The translations under genes were made by a program, and so were the position numbers. A stretch of 64,000 nt of DNA from Sphingobacteriales bacterium (GTDB taxonomy: Bacteria > Bacteroidota > Bacteroidia > Chitinophagales > LD1): assembly GCA_018262795.1 (NCBI GenBank), contig JADFDM010000015.1, forward strand, positions 9,253-73,252, read 5' to 3'. The notes beneath the pieces are model-generated. The model ran no database searches and had not been told where the DNA came from. It saw nothing but the letters and a program-made list of their open reading frames with translations. Positions 55,163 to 64,000 of the stretch are shown here, piece by piece. Each line of letters begins with the position of its first letter. The first letter of the stretch is position 1.

Positions 55163-55422
55163 TTCTCCTCTCATAGAATGCTTAGCCATTAAATTTTTCA
55201 CAATAGTTGTAAAAGTCCACTCCCATTTGTGCCTACTTTCGCAACTATATACCCGTAGAAATGTTTTTTAGACTGAGTTCTTTCCTCTAAAAAGGTTTAA
55301 AAAGGAATTTGCCGAAAAAGATAAATGTTCGGTTCACACAATGCACCTGTCCTCTTAGGATGCGCATATAGATTGATTTTTACAAGTGGCATTCGTGTCA
55401 CTTTAATCTGATAAAAAGAAAG

Positions 55423-57447
55423 ATGATGAAACCAACTGACCTTGTCGAAAAGAGCATTAACACCATTCGTTGTTTGGCAATAGATGCGGTTCAAAAAGCC
55501 AACTCCGGTCATCCGGGAACTCCCATGGCACTGGCTCCCGCTGCTTATGCTTTATGGATGAATGTGATGAGGTATAATCCGCAAAACCCTCAATGGTTTA
55601 ACCGCGATCGGTTCGTACTTTCTAACGGGCACGCCAGCATGTTGCAATACGCCATGCTACATCTAACCGGCTATAAACTTTCGTTAGATGACATTAAAAA
55701 TTTCCGCCAATGGGATAGCATTACTCCTGGTCATCCCGAACATGGTTTAACTCCCGGCATCGAAACCACCACTGGTCCGTTGGGGCAGGGAATAATGACA
55801 GCCGTAGGCATGGCAATTGCCGAAGCGCATCTCGCTGCTTGTTTTAATCAAGAAGACAACAAAATTGTGGATCACTACACCTACGTATTTTGCAGCGATG
55901 GCGATTTAATGGAAGGGGCTTCGCACGAAGCCGGTTCACTGGCAGGGCATTTGGGCTTGGGCAAACTGATTTGCTTATACGATAACAACCACATCACCAT
56001 TGAAGGCGATACCGACCTCGCCTATTCCGATAATGTAGCCAAGCGGTTCGAAGCATACCATTGGCAGGTAGAAGACCTCGGAGAGAGAAGTAACGATGTG
56101 GAAGCCATTGCTGCTGCTTATCAGCGAGCAAAAGAAAAAACTGATCAGCCGAGCTTGATTATACTGCGCACGCATATTGGTTACGGCTCGCCTAACAAAC
56201 AAGATACTGCTGCTGCGCATGGCTCGGCATTGGGGGAAGAAGAAGTGAAACTCACTAAAAAGTTTTACGGCTGGCCCGAAGAAGAAAAATTTTTGGTGCC
56301 CGATGAAGTAAAGCAGCACATGCAAAAAACAGTAGCCGGTGAAAAGTTAGAAAATGATTGGAACAATGCTTTTGAAGCTTACAAAAAGAAGTATCCTGAT
56401 TTGGCGGCTCAATTTGAAGCGTATCTGAAACAAGATTTGCCGAAAGGATGGGATAAAAACTTACCCAATTATAAACCGGAAGACGGCCCCAAAGCCACCC
56501 GCGCAATTTCCTCTGCTTTTATAAATGCAGTGGCACAAGAAATTCCTTGGTTAATAGGTGGCAGTGGCGATTTGGAGCCTTCCACCGAAACTAAAATCAA
56601 ATCATCGGGATACATAGAAGTGGGGAAATACGAGAACCGAAACATGCACTGGGGCATTCGCGAACATGGGATGTGTGCTGCCAGTTCCGGAATAAATCTA
56701 CACGGAGGTCTTCGCCCATTCGCAGCTACCTTCTTTGTGTTTTCCGACTATGCACGGCCGGCTATCCGTTTAGCTTGCATTATGCAGTTGCCGGTGATTT
56801 ATGTAATGACGCATGATTCCATCGGCTTGGGCGAAGATGGCACCACCCACCAGCCAATAGAGCAGTTAGCTTCTCTCCGCGCAATGCCGCACCTTCATGT
56901 TATCCGTCCGGCTGACGCGAATGAAGCAGTCTATGCCTGGAAAGCTGCCATTGAAAGAAAAGATGGGCCGACCATGCTGGTGCTGACAAGACAGAAGTTG
57001 CCAATTTTCGACCGCACAAAATTATCTCCGGCAGAAGAAGTTCTAAAGGGAGCTTATATTTTATCACACGAAAAAGATAATAGCATTCCCCCCGATGTCA
57101 TCTTGATGGCAACAGGCTCAGAAGTGCAGTTGATAATAGAAGCGCAAACCGAATTATGGCTGGAGGGGATAAACGCACGAGTAGTGAGTATGCCTAGCTG
57201 GGAAATTTTTCGCAAGCAACCGGAATGGTACCAACGCGAAGTAATGCCACCATCGGTAAAAAGACGTGTGGCTGTGGAAGCGGCTTCCTCGCAAGGCTGG
57301 AGAGAATGGGTGGGCGATGAAGGCAAAGTGATAGCAATAGACCGCTTTGGAGCCAGTGCCCCCTATCAAGAAATTTATGAGCACTTCGGTATCACTACGG
57401 CAAACATTGTAAGCACAGTAAAAAAAATGATAAAGGCAAAATCATGA
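55423..57447 (+). CDS. tkt: Transketolase
   Basis: ANSGHPGTPMALAP, FCSDGDLMEGASHEA and HDSIGLGEDGTTHQPIEQ in a 674-aa protein. Confidence 0.92.
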   Translation: MMKPTDLVEKSINTIRCLAIDAVQKANSGHPGTPMALAPAAYALWMNVMRYNPQNPQWFNRDRFVLSNGHASMLQYAMLHLTGYKLSLDDIKNFRQWDSITPGHPEHGLTPGIETTTGPLGQGIMTAVGMAIAEAHLAACFNQEDNKIVDHYTYVFCSDGDLMEGASHEAGSLAGHLGLGKLICLYDNNHITIEGDTDLAYSDNVAKRFEAYHWQVEDLGERSNDVEAIAAAYQRAKEKTDQPSLIILRTHIGYGSPNKQDTAAAHGSALGEEEVKLTKKFYGWPEEEKFLVPDEVKQHMQKTVAGEKLENDWNNAFEAYKKKYPDLAAQFEAYLKQDLPKGWDKNLPNYKPEDGPKATRAISSAFINAVAQEIPWLIGGSGDLEPSTETKIKSSGYIEVGKYENRNMHWGIREHGMCAASSGINLHGGLRPFAATFFVFSDYARPAIRLACIMQLPVIYVMTHDSIGLGEDGTTHQPIEQLASLRAMPHLHVIRPADANEAVYAWKAAIERKDGPTMLVLTRQKLPIFDRTKLSPAEEVLKGAYILSHEKDNSIPPDVILMATGSEVQLIIEAQTELWLEGINARVVSMPSWEIFRKQPEWYQREVMPPSVKRRVAVEAASSQGWREWVGDEGKVIAIDRFGASAPYQEIYEHFGITTANIVSTVKKMIKAKS

Positions 57448-57911
57448 AAGTCGTTATCGCATCCGACCATGCAGGTTTCACCTACAAAACCTTGCTCGTA
57501 AAAGATTTGCAGCAGGCAGGTTACGAAGTAATAGACCTCGGCACACACGGCAATACCCCCGATGATGATTACCCCGATTATGCCGAAGCTTTGGCTTTAG
57601 CCATTCTAAAAAAACAAGCAGAAAGGGGAATCCTGATTTGTGGTAGCGGAGTAGGCGTGTCGGTAGCTGCCAATAAATTTAGAGGGATTAGAGCAGGGGT
57701 TTGTCACGACACTTATTCCGCACACCAATGTGTAGAACACGATAATGTAAATGTGCTTTGCATAGGCGAGCGCATTATCGGTATTGAATTGGCGCGTGAA
57801 ATTGTTTTCGCATTTCTAAAAGCTGTTTACAGTCATGCACCAAGGCATCAACGAAGGTTAGATAAAATAGAAGCTATTGAAAATAAAAACATGAAGGAGG
57901 AACGACTATGA
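57444..57911 (+). CDS. rpiB: Ribose-5-phosphate isomerase B
   Basis: MKVVIASDHAGF and ILICGSGVGVSVAANK in a 155-aa protein. It has a 4-nt overlap with tkt. Confidence 0.9.
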   Translation: MKVVIASDHAGFTYKTLLVKDLQQAGYEVIDLGTHGNTPDDDYPDYAEALALAILKKQAERGILICGSGVGVSVAANKFRGIRAGVCHDTYSAHQCVEHDNVNVLCIGERIIGIELAREIVFAFLKAVYSHAPRHQRRLDKIEAIENKNMKEERL

Positions 57912-60739
57912 ATAATTTAATAGAACTACTTAATTGCGGACAAAGTTATTGGTTAGATAATTTGGCTCGGAAGAAAATAACCGGTGGCGAAATTCAGAAA
58001 AGAGTGAGCGAGCAAGGATTGCGCGGCATCACCTCCAACCCGAGCATTTTCAATAAAGCTATTATTGGTAGCAATGATTATGACGAGCAGATAAAAGACT
58101 TGGTAAAAGAGGGAAAAACTATAGAGCAAATTTATGATGCACTCACCATAAAAGATGTGCAGGATGCCTGTGATATTCTCGCATCGGTTTATAAATCATC
58201 TAACGGGCTCGATGGTTTTGTAAGCCTCGAAGTATCGCCCTACTTAGCACGTGACACACAAAGAACCATCAGCGAAGCAAGGCGGCTATTTAAAGCAGTG
58301 GGAAGAGACAATTGCATGATTAAAATACCGGGCACTAAAGAAGGATTGCCGGCTATTGAGCAAATGCTGTATGAAGGAATAAACATCAACATCACGCTGC
58401 TTTTTTCAGTGGAGCGATATGTGGAGGTAGCAGCAGCTTTTATCCGTGCACTTAACCACCGCCTGGCAGAGGGGAAAGCAGTCAATCACATAAACTCCGT
58501 TGCCAGTGTTTTCGTCAGCAGAATTGATACCTTGGTAGATCAGTTGCTCGGGCAGCGAATCATTCCCTCTCAGGTGAATTCAGCGCTTACAGCACTGTTT
58601 GGCAAAGCCGGCATTAATAGCGCAAGAGTAGCGTATCAGCAATTCACACAAATCTTCAGCAGCAGCAACTGGAAAGAATTAGAAAAAAATGGTGGGTCTG
58701 TTCAGCGGCTTTTGTGGGCAAGCACCAGTAATAAAGACCCATTGTTCAGCGATGTGCGCTATGTGGAAACGCTCATTGGAAAAGATACCGTCAACACCTT
58801 GACCGATGAAACTATCACCGCATTTGCCGACCATGGAAACTTGAAAGCAAATACCATTGAAGACGGACTTGATGAGGCGCAACAATTATTTTCTCAACTT
58901 TCTGACTTCGACATTGATATAAATTTTGTCACGCAACAATTAGAGGATGAAGGAATCGAAAAATTCATAAAGGCTTACAATGAATTAATGGATAGTTTGG
59001 CAGCGAAGAGAGCGAGCATATTGGGTGAAAAATTTTCTCCGCAAAAAATTAGTGCTTCAAGTTTTACGCAAGAGGTAAAGCAAACTTATAGTTCGTTAGA
59101 TGAAAAACGGATGGGCAAACGGCTGCTCGCAAAAGATGCCACACTTTGGGAAACGGAACCAAAGGAAGTGACGGCAATACTCAATCGCCTCGGCTGGTTA
59201 AACTTGCCGGATAACTTTCTTCCGGTAACAGAAAATATAATCGCCTTTGCCGAACAGGTAAAAACCGAAGGATATGAATATGCTGTTTTGCTGGGCATGG
59301 GTGGCAGCAGCTTGTGTAGCGAAGTAGCCCGTGAAACTTTTGGCACACGGAAAGGCTACCCTCAATTACTCGTGTTAGACAACACTTCTCCGGAAGCCAT
59401 TAAAGATTTGGAAAAGAAAATTGTTCTTGAAAAAACCTTATTTATAGTCGCAAGTAAATCGGGAGGAACAAAAGAGACGATCAGCTTTTTTAAGTATTTC
59501 TATCACCGCTTAGCGGAAAAAACAAAGAGCAAATCGGGAAATAATTTTGTTGCTATCACTGATGCAGGTACTCCCTTAGTGAAGTTAGCCGAGACCTATA
59601 AGTTTAGAAAAGTGTTTATTAACCCGTCAGATATAGGGGGTCGGTATTCTGTTCTCTCCGACTTTGGAATATTGCCAATGGCACTGATGGGTATAGATGT
59701 GAACGCCCTACTTACCAACGCAAAACAAATGAAAGAAAGTTGCAGCCCTGCGGTACCCACAGCATCCAATCCGGGAATAAGTTTAGGCGTATTGTTGGGC
59801 ATTTGCCAAAAGCATGGGCGCGATAAAATCACTTTTGTTTTATCCTCTTCTGTCAGTTCATTTGGCTTATGGTTAGAGCAATTGATTGCAGAGAGTACCG
59901 GAAAAGAAGGCCGCGGACTAATTCCAATTGAAGGCGAAAAAATAGGAACGCCAAAAGATTATAGCGATGACCGCGTCTTTGTTCACCTCCACTTAGCCAC
60001 TGATGATAATGGAAGCGATGCACAAAAAATTTCCGATCTGGAGAAAGCCGGACACCCGGTCGTAAGAATACAGTTATCAGATAAAATAGAACTGGGCGGA
60101 GAATTTTTTCGCTGGGAAGTAGCTATTGCCATTGCAGGAATGATCATGAATTTGAATCCCTTTAATGAACCGAACGTGGCAGAGAGTAAAAAGAATACAG
60201 ATAATTTGTTAGAGGATTGGAAGAGTAAGGGAGTTTTCAAAAAAGAAAGTCCAATAGTAACTGTAGGAGATGTTTCTATCTACGGATCAGAGACTCAGAT
60301 TAAAACAAAAAATGCTGATTCCTCTATAAGGAATGTTCTTTCCGCTTTCGCTGCGCTCGCAAAGCCGCACGACTACATCGCTCTACTCCCCTATTTTGTG
60401 CTGACCGATTACCGGATGCAAATATTTCAAAACTGGCGGCTACAGTTAAGAGAGAAAATAAAAGTGGCTACTACACTTCGCACCGGCCCCCGTTATCTTC
60501 ATTCTACCGGTCAGTTACATAAAGGCGGCCCGGCAACCGGTTTGTATATTATCTTGATTGGAGAAGAAACCGAAGAGATGCCGATACCGGATGAAAAATT
60601 TGGTTTTGGGGTATTACACGAAGCGCAAGCACTCGGAGATTTTCGTTCCTTAACTGGAAAAAACCGCAGAGTGATCTATGTTACGCTGGGTAAAAATATG
60701 GATGAACAACTAAAAAGTATAGCCCAGGCTTTTGCTTAA
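57908..60739 (+). CDS. Bifunctional transaldolase / glucose-6-phosphate isomerase fusion
   Basis: The N-terminus has GQSYWLDNLARK..GLRGITSNPSIF..MIKIPGT (transaldolase). The C-terminal ~540 aa have LLGMGGSSLCSEV, FIVASKSGGTKET and GGRYSVLS (PGI SIS-type motifs). Confidence 0.85.
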   Translation: MNNLIELLNCGQSYWLDNLARKKITGGEIQKRVSEQGLRGITSNPSIFNKAIIGSNDYDEQIKDLVKEGKTIEQIYDALTIKDVQDACDILASVYKSSNGLDGFVSLEVSPYLARDTQRTISEARRLFKAVGRDNCMIKIPGTKEGLPAIEQMLYEGININITLLFSVERYVEVAAAFIRALNHRLAEGKAVNHINSVASVFVSRIDTLVDQLLGQRIIPSQVNSALTALFGKAGINSARVAYQQFTQIFSSSNWKELEKNGGSVQRLLWASTSNKDPLFSDVRYVETLIGKDTVNTLTDETITAFADHGNLKANTIEDGLDEAQQLFSQLSDFDIDINFVTQQLEDEGIEKFIKAYNELMDSLAAKRASILGEKFSPQKISASSFTQEVKQTYSSLDEKRMGKRLLAKDATLWETEPKEVTAILNRLGWLNLPDNFLPVTENIIAFAEQVKTEGYEYAVLLGMGGSSLCSEVARETFGTRKGYPQLLVLDNTSPEAIKDLEKKIVLEKTLFIVASKSGGTKETISFFKYFYHRLAEKTKSKSGNNFVAITDAGTPLVKLAETYKFRKVFINPSDIGGRYSVLSDFGILPMALMGIDVNALLTNAKQMKESCSPAVPTASNPGISLGVLLGICQKHGRDKITFVLSSSVSSFGLWLEQLIAESTGKEGRGLIPIEGEKIGTPKDYSDDRVFVHLHLATDDNGSDAQKISDLEKAGHPVVRIQLSDKIELGGEFFRWEVAIAIAGMIMNLNPFNEPNVAESKKNTDNLLEDWKSKGVFKKESPIVTVGDVSIYGSETQIKTKNADSSIRNVLSAFAALAKPHDYIALLPYFVLTDYRMQIFQNWRLQLREKIKVATTLRTGPRYLHSTGQLHKGGPATGLYIILIGEETEEMPIPDEKFGFGVLHEAQALGDFRSLTGKNRRVIYVTLGKNMDEQLKSIAQAFA

Positions 60740-60748
60740 ATATTCAAA

Positions 60749-61378
60749 ATGACTTTCCATAAACCATCCACCTTATTCTTAGACATTGGCGGAGTGTTAC
60801 TCACCAATGGTTGGGGAGCCGACTCTCGCCAAAGAGCCGCAGAAAAATTTGCATTCAATATGACTGAAGTGGAAGAGCGCCATCAAGAATGTTGGAATAC
60901 GTTTGAAATAGGCAAGATGAATTTAGAGGAGTATCTGAATGAAGTCATCTTTTATCAGCCCCAAAATTTTTCGAAACAAGACTATATCGCTTTCATGTTC
61001 GACCAGTCGAAACCACTTAAAGGAGCCATTGAATATTTTATAGAGTTGAAGCAAAACCACGGCTTTAAAGTAATTGCACTGAGTAATGAAGTGCGCGAGT
61101 TAAACGAATACCGTATCAAAAAATTCAAACTCAACGAATTGTTTGATGCTTATATCTCCTCTTGCTATGTGGGGTTGCGAAAACCGGATAGCCGTATCTA
61201 TAAAATGGCTTGTGATATTTCGCAAACATCTCCCGCAAATGCAATCTTTATAGACGACCGAATTTTAAATGTAGAAGTGGCAAGAAATCTTGAAATACCT
61301 TCACTGCATTACACGGGCTTGGAAAGTGCGAAAGAATATTTTGAAACAGTTGGATTTAAAATAACAGCAAATGAATAA
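60749..61378 (+). CDS. HAD-superfamily phosphatase (YihX-like DxG-type first motif)
   Basis: LFLDIGGVL, ALSNE, GLRKPDSRIY and IFIDDR are the four HAD motifs. The layout resembles E. coli YihX (glucose-1-phosphate phosphatase) as I recall it. Confidence 0.7.
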   Translation: MTFHKPSTLFLDIGGVLLTNGWGADSRQRAAEKFAFNMTEVEERHQECWNTFEIGKMNLEEYLNEVIFYQPQNFSKQDYIAFMFDQSKPLKGAIEYFIELKQNHGFKVIALSNEVRELNEYRIKKFKLNELFDAYISSCYVGLRKPDSRIYKMACDISQTSPANAIFIDDRILNVEVARNLEIPSLHYTGLESAKEYFETVGFKITANE

Positions 61379-62783
61379 CACGAAATTTGATTATGGCATG
61401 ATTGGGTTGGGCACTATGGGTCGCAATTTGGTTTACAATATGTGTGATCACGGTTTCTCTGTAGCCGGATTTGACAAGAATTCATCGCAAGTGAAAACAT
61501 TGGTACAAGAAGCCGGAGAAAGAAAAGTTATAGGCACTCAATCACCTGAAGAGTTTGTGCAATCCTTGAAAGAGCCGCGAACAATTATCCTATTAGTGCC
61601 TGCGGGAGCTATCGTGGATGCGGTAATCAATGAACTGAAACCACTATTGAGAAAGGACGATCTTCTTATAGATGGCGGCAACTCTCACTACACCGATACC
61701 AATCGCAGAATAGAAGAACTAACAAAAGAGAGCATTCATTTTATGGGGGTGGGAGTCTCGGGTGGTGAATCGGGTGCGCGGTATGGCCCCAGCATTATGC
61801 CGGGTGGCGATAAGAAAGTTTACGAAAGAGTAGCGCCTATGCTTGAAGCTGTTTCGGCAAAGGTGAATAATGAACCCTGTGTAGCTTGGTTGGGCAATGG
61901 CTCTGCCGGTCATTATGTAAAGATGGTGCACAATGGAATTGAATACGCACTCATGCAACTGATTACTGAAACCTATCTGCTACTGAAGCAAGCAGCCGGG
62001 ATGAATAATGACGAGATACATAAAACATTTGCCACTTGGAACACCTGCCGCTTACAATCGTTTTTGATACAAATCACCGCCACCATCTTCACCCAAAAAG
62101 ATGATTTAACCAATCACCGATTAGTGGATATGATATTAGATGCTGCCCATCAGAAAGGAACCGGTGCGTGGACATCGGAAGATGCTTTAGCAATACAAGT
62201 GCCCGTGCCGGGGATTGATGCGGCAGTTACTGCGCGAAATCTCTCCGCTTTAAAAACGGAAAGAGTTACAGCAAGTCAAAAACTAAAAGGACCTGCGTCA
62301 AATATTATCTCTGATAAAAATGAATTTGTAGCAACCTTGGAAACTGCCCTTTACTTTTCTATGATAACGGCTTACGCACAAGGAATGGCTTTACTGCAAC
62401 AGGCATCGAAGGAATATCAGTACGATTTAGATTTTGCTGAAATAGCAAAAATATGGCGAGGTGGTTGCATTATTCGCGCTAACTTCTTAGATCAAATTCG
62501 CAGTGCTTATCAAGAACAACCCAACCTGCAAAATTTGATGATGAATGAAGCGATTGCCTTCGAACTGACAGAATCACAAAGTGCTATCCGGAAAGTGATT
62601 CAAATAGCGGTTGAAAACGGGCATCCTATTCCCGGGCTAATGGCTTCCCTGGCCTATTATGATGGATACCGCAGCGAATGGCTACCCGCCAATCTTTTAC
62701 AAGCACAACGCGATTATTTTGGCGCTCACACGTATGAAAGGACCGACCGCGAAGGCGTATTTCATACCCATTGGGCAGAATAA
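61371..62783 (+). CDS. gnd: 6-phosphogluconate dehydrogenase (decarboxylating)
   Basis: MIGLGTMGRNLVYNM (Rossmann fold), GGNSHYTDT, GVSGGESGARYGPSIMPGG and GHYVKMVHNGIEYA in a 470-aa protein. Confidence 0.9.
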   Translation: MNNTKFDYGMIGLGTMGRNLVYNMCDHGFSVAGFDKNSSQVKTLVQEAGERKVIGTQSPEEFVQSLKEPRTIILLVPAGAIVDAVINELKPLLRKDDLLIDGGNSHYTDTNRRIEELTKESIHFMGVGVSGGESGARYGPSIMPGGDKKVYERVAPMLEAVSAKVNNEPCVAWLGNGSAGHYVKMVHNGIEYALMQLITETYLLLKQAAGMNNDEIHKTFATWNTCRLQSFLIQITATIFTQKDDLTNHRLVDMILDAAHQKGTGAWTSEDALAIQVPVPGIDAAVTARNLSALKTERVTASQKLKGPASNIISDKNEFVATLETALYFSMITAYAQGMALLQQASKEYQYDLDFAEIAKIWRGGCIIRANFLDQIRSAYQEQPNLQNLMMNEAIAFELTESQSAIRKVIQIAVENGHPIPGLMASLAYYDGYRSEWLPANLLQAQRDYFGAHTYERTDREGVFHTHWAE

Positions 62784-62795
62784 AAAAAACAGATT

Positions 62796-64000
62796 ATGGA
62801 AACAATAACAAAACCGGGACCTACCATCATCGTCATATTCGGAGCCACCGGAGATTTGACAAGACGCAAACTAATTCCCGCCATTTTTAATCTGTATTTA
62901 GATAAATGGATACCTGAAAAGTTTGCCGTGATTGGCGTAAGCCGCAAAGAAATTGCCGATGTAGATTTCAGAAAGTTTCTGCACGATGCAGTAGATGACT
63001 TCTCCCGAAGAGGGAAACCTAAAAAACCCGACTGGGATTCGTTTGCTGAAAACCTTTCTTATTTGAAAGGAGAGTTTCATGAAAACGTGACCTACGAAAG
63101 GGTGGGTAAAAAAATAAGTCAGTTAGAGAAAGCTTGGAAAACTACTGCCACCCGCGTTTTCTACACAGCTGTTCCTCCCATGTTTTTTGAGCAAATCGCT
63201 ACAAAAATTGGAGAGTCGGGACTATCGAAAGACCAAGAGAAAAGTCGAATTGTCATTGAAAAACCCTTTGGGCATGACTTGGAAAGCGCCATGCACTTGA
63301 ATAAACTCTTGCACGGTATGTTTTGCGAAAACCAGATTTACCGCATTGATCATTATCTGGGAAAAGAAACAGTTCAGAATATTCTCGCCTTTCGGTTTGC
63401 AAATGCTTTGTTCGAGCCTATTTGGAATCGCAATTACATTGACCATATTCAAATGACGGTGTCAGAGCAATTAGGTATAGGAACACGGGGCAACTACTAT
63501 GAAACAGCCGGGGCACTTCGCGATATGATTCAGAATCACATTTTGCAATTGGTTTGTCTAATCGCTATGGAACCGCCTGTTTCTTTTGATGCCGATGAAG
63601 TGCGAAATCGCAAAGTAGATGTGCTGAATGCCATTAAAAGAATCAAGGAAGAAGATGCACATAAATTTGCCGTTAGAGGACAATACGGTGAAGGTTGGAT
63701 TCAGGGCAAAAAAGTGAAAGGCTATCGGCAGGAGCAGGATGTAAATAAAAATTCTACCAGAGAAACTTTTGCAGCCGTCAAATTCTATATTGATAACTGG
63801 CGTTGGCAAGGGGTTCCCATTTATCTCCGCACCGGGAAACGGATGAATGAAACACTCTCTGTGATAACTATTCAATTTAAGCACGTTCCCCATCAATCTT
63901 TTCCTTCAAAGGCAGTGGGAAACTGGCAACCTAACCGATTGGTGTTAAACATTCAGCCGCACATGGGCATTCGTCTGCGCTTTCAGGCAAAGCGTCCCGG
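62796..64000 (+). CDS. zwf: Glucose-6-phosphate 1-dehydrogenase (3' end outside window; absent from the ORF track because no stop is reached)
   Basis: From the ATG at 62796: METITKPGPTIIVIFGATGDLTRRKLIPAIFNLY..., then EKPFGHDLESA and YRIDHYLGKETVQN, the G6PD active-site signature. The frame is open to nt 64000. Confidence 0.9.
   Translation, partial: METITKPGPTIIVIFGATGDLTRRKLIPAIFNLYLDKWIPEKFAVIGVSRKEIADVDFRKFLHDAVDDFSRRGKPKKPDWDSFAENLSYLKGEFHENVTYERVGKKISQLEKAWKTTATRVFYTAVPPMFFEQIATKIGESGLSKDQEKSRIVIEKPFGHDLESAMHLNKLLHGMFCENQIYRIDHYLGKETVQNILAFRFANALFEPIWNRNYIDHIQMTVSEQLGIGTRGNYYETAGALRDMIQNHILQLVCLIAMEPPVSFDADEVRNRKVDVLNAIKRIKEEDAHKFAVRGQYGEGWIQGKKVKGYRQEQDVNKNSTRETFAAVKFYIDNWRWQGVPIYLRTGKRMNETLSVITIQFKHVPHQSFPSKAVGNWQPNRLVLNIQPHMGIRLRFQAKRP

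Noticed and set aside
62762-63896. Minus-strand ORFs 62762-62947, 62898-63080, 63222-63452 and 63558-63896 listed in the track.
   Set aside because: They are antisense to an unlisted but unmistakable + strand zwf gene (FGATGDLTRRKL, EKPFGHD, RIDHYLGKE) that is open to the window end.

Overview
This is a Bacteroidota-type chromosomal segment, judged from type-A and type-B T9SS sorting domains, a PorP/SprF gene and a TAnnTTTG-like promoter box. All calls rest on motif-level reading of the supplied translations; no database search was run.

Gene content, left to right:
- **2-11653:** a T9SS cargo locus. It holds a 5'-truncated SprB-repeat protein, then a minus-strand operon of two giant adhesin-like type-B cargo proteins plus PorP/SprF.
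- **12101-12904:** rluF.
- **13048-25473:** a tightly packed minus-strand aryl-polyene/flexirubin-type type II PKS-lipid cluster (3 KS, 2 KS-like partners, 2 ACP, 2 hotdog dehydratases, thioesterase, halogenase-like flavoprotein, LpxL-like acyltransferase, NodB deacetylase, LolA-like protein, GT2-DUF2062). Its first KS carries one in-frame TAA, and a DUF4160 (frameshifted)/DUF2442 pair is inserted in it.
- **25574-29535:** a WG-repeat protein, an unknown 134-aa protein, an orphan ClpP paralogue and a YgjP-like metallopeptidase.
- **29559-32882:** TetR plus paaABCD, with a candidate operator and a terminator but no paaE.
- **32962-40006:** a cyclic-nucleotide island. Two membrane-anchored class III cyclases and an HD hydrolase converge on a CNB-only protein coupled to a TLC/Npt-like-HEAT membrane protein.
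- **40573-41306:** a four-helix-bundle (23S IVS/Avd family) gene bracketed by inverted arrays of a GTGACGG heptad.
- **41356-44128:** an M29 aminopeptidase and two lipoproteins.
- **44777-64000:** pgm, a 2893-aa cyclic beta-1,2-glucan synthase, and a pentose-phosphate operon (tkt, rpiB, tal-pgi fusion, HAD, gnd, and zwf, which is open at the window end and missing from the ORF track).

No rRNA, tRNA, CRISPR array or recognisable transposase was found. The best candidates for undescribed biology are the cNMP island and the heptad-bracketed four-helix-bundle cassette.
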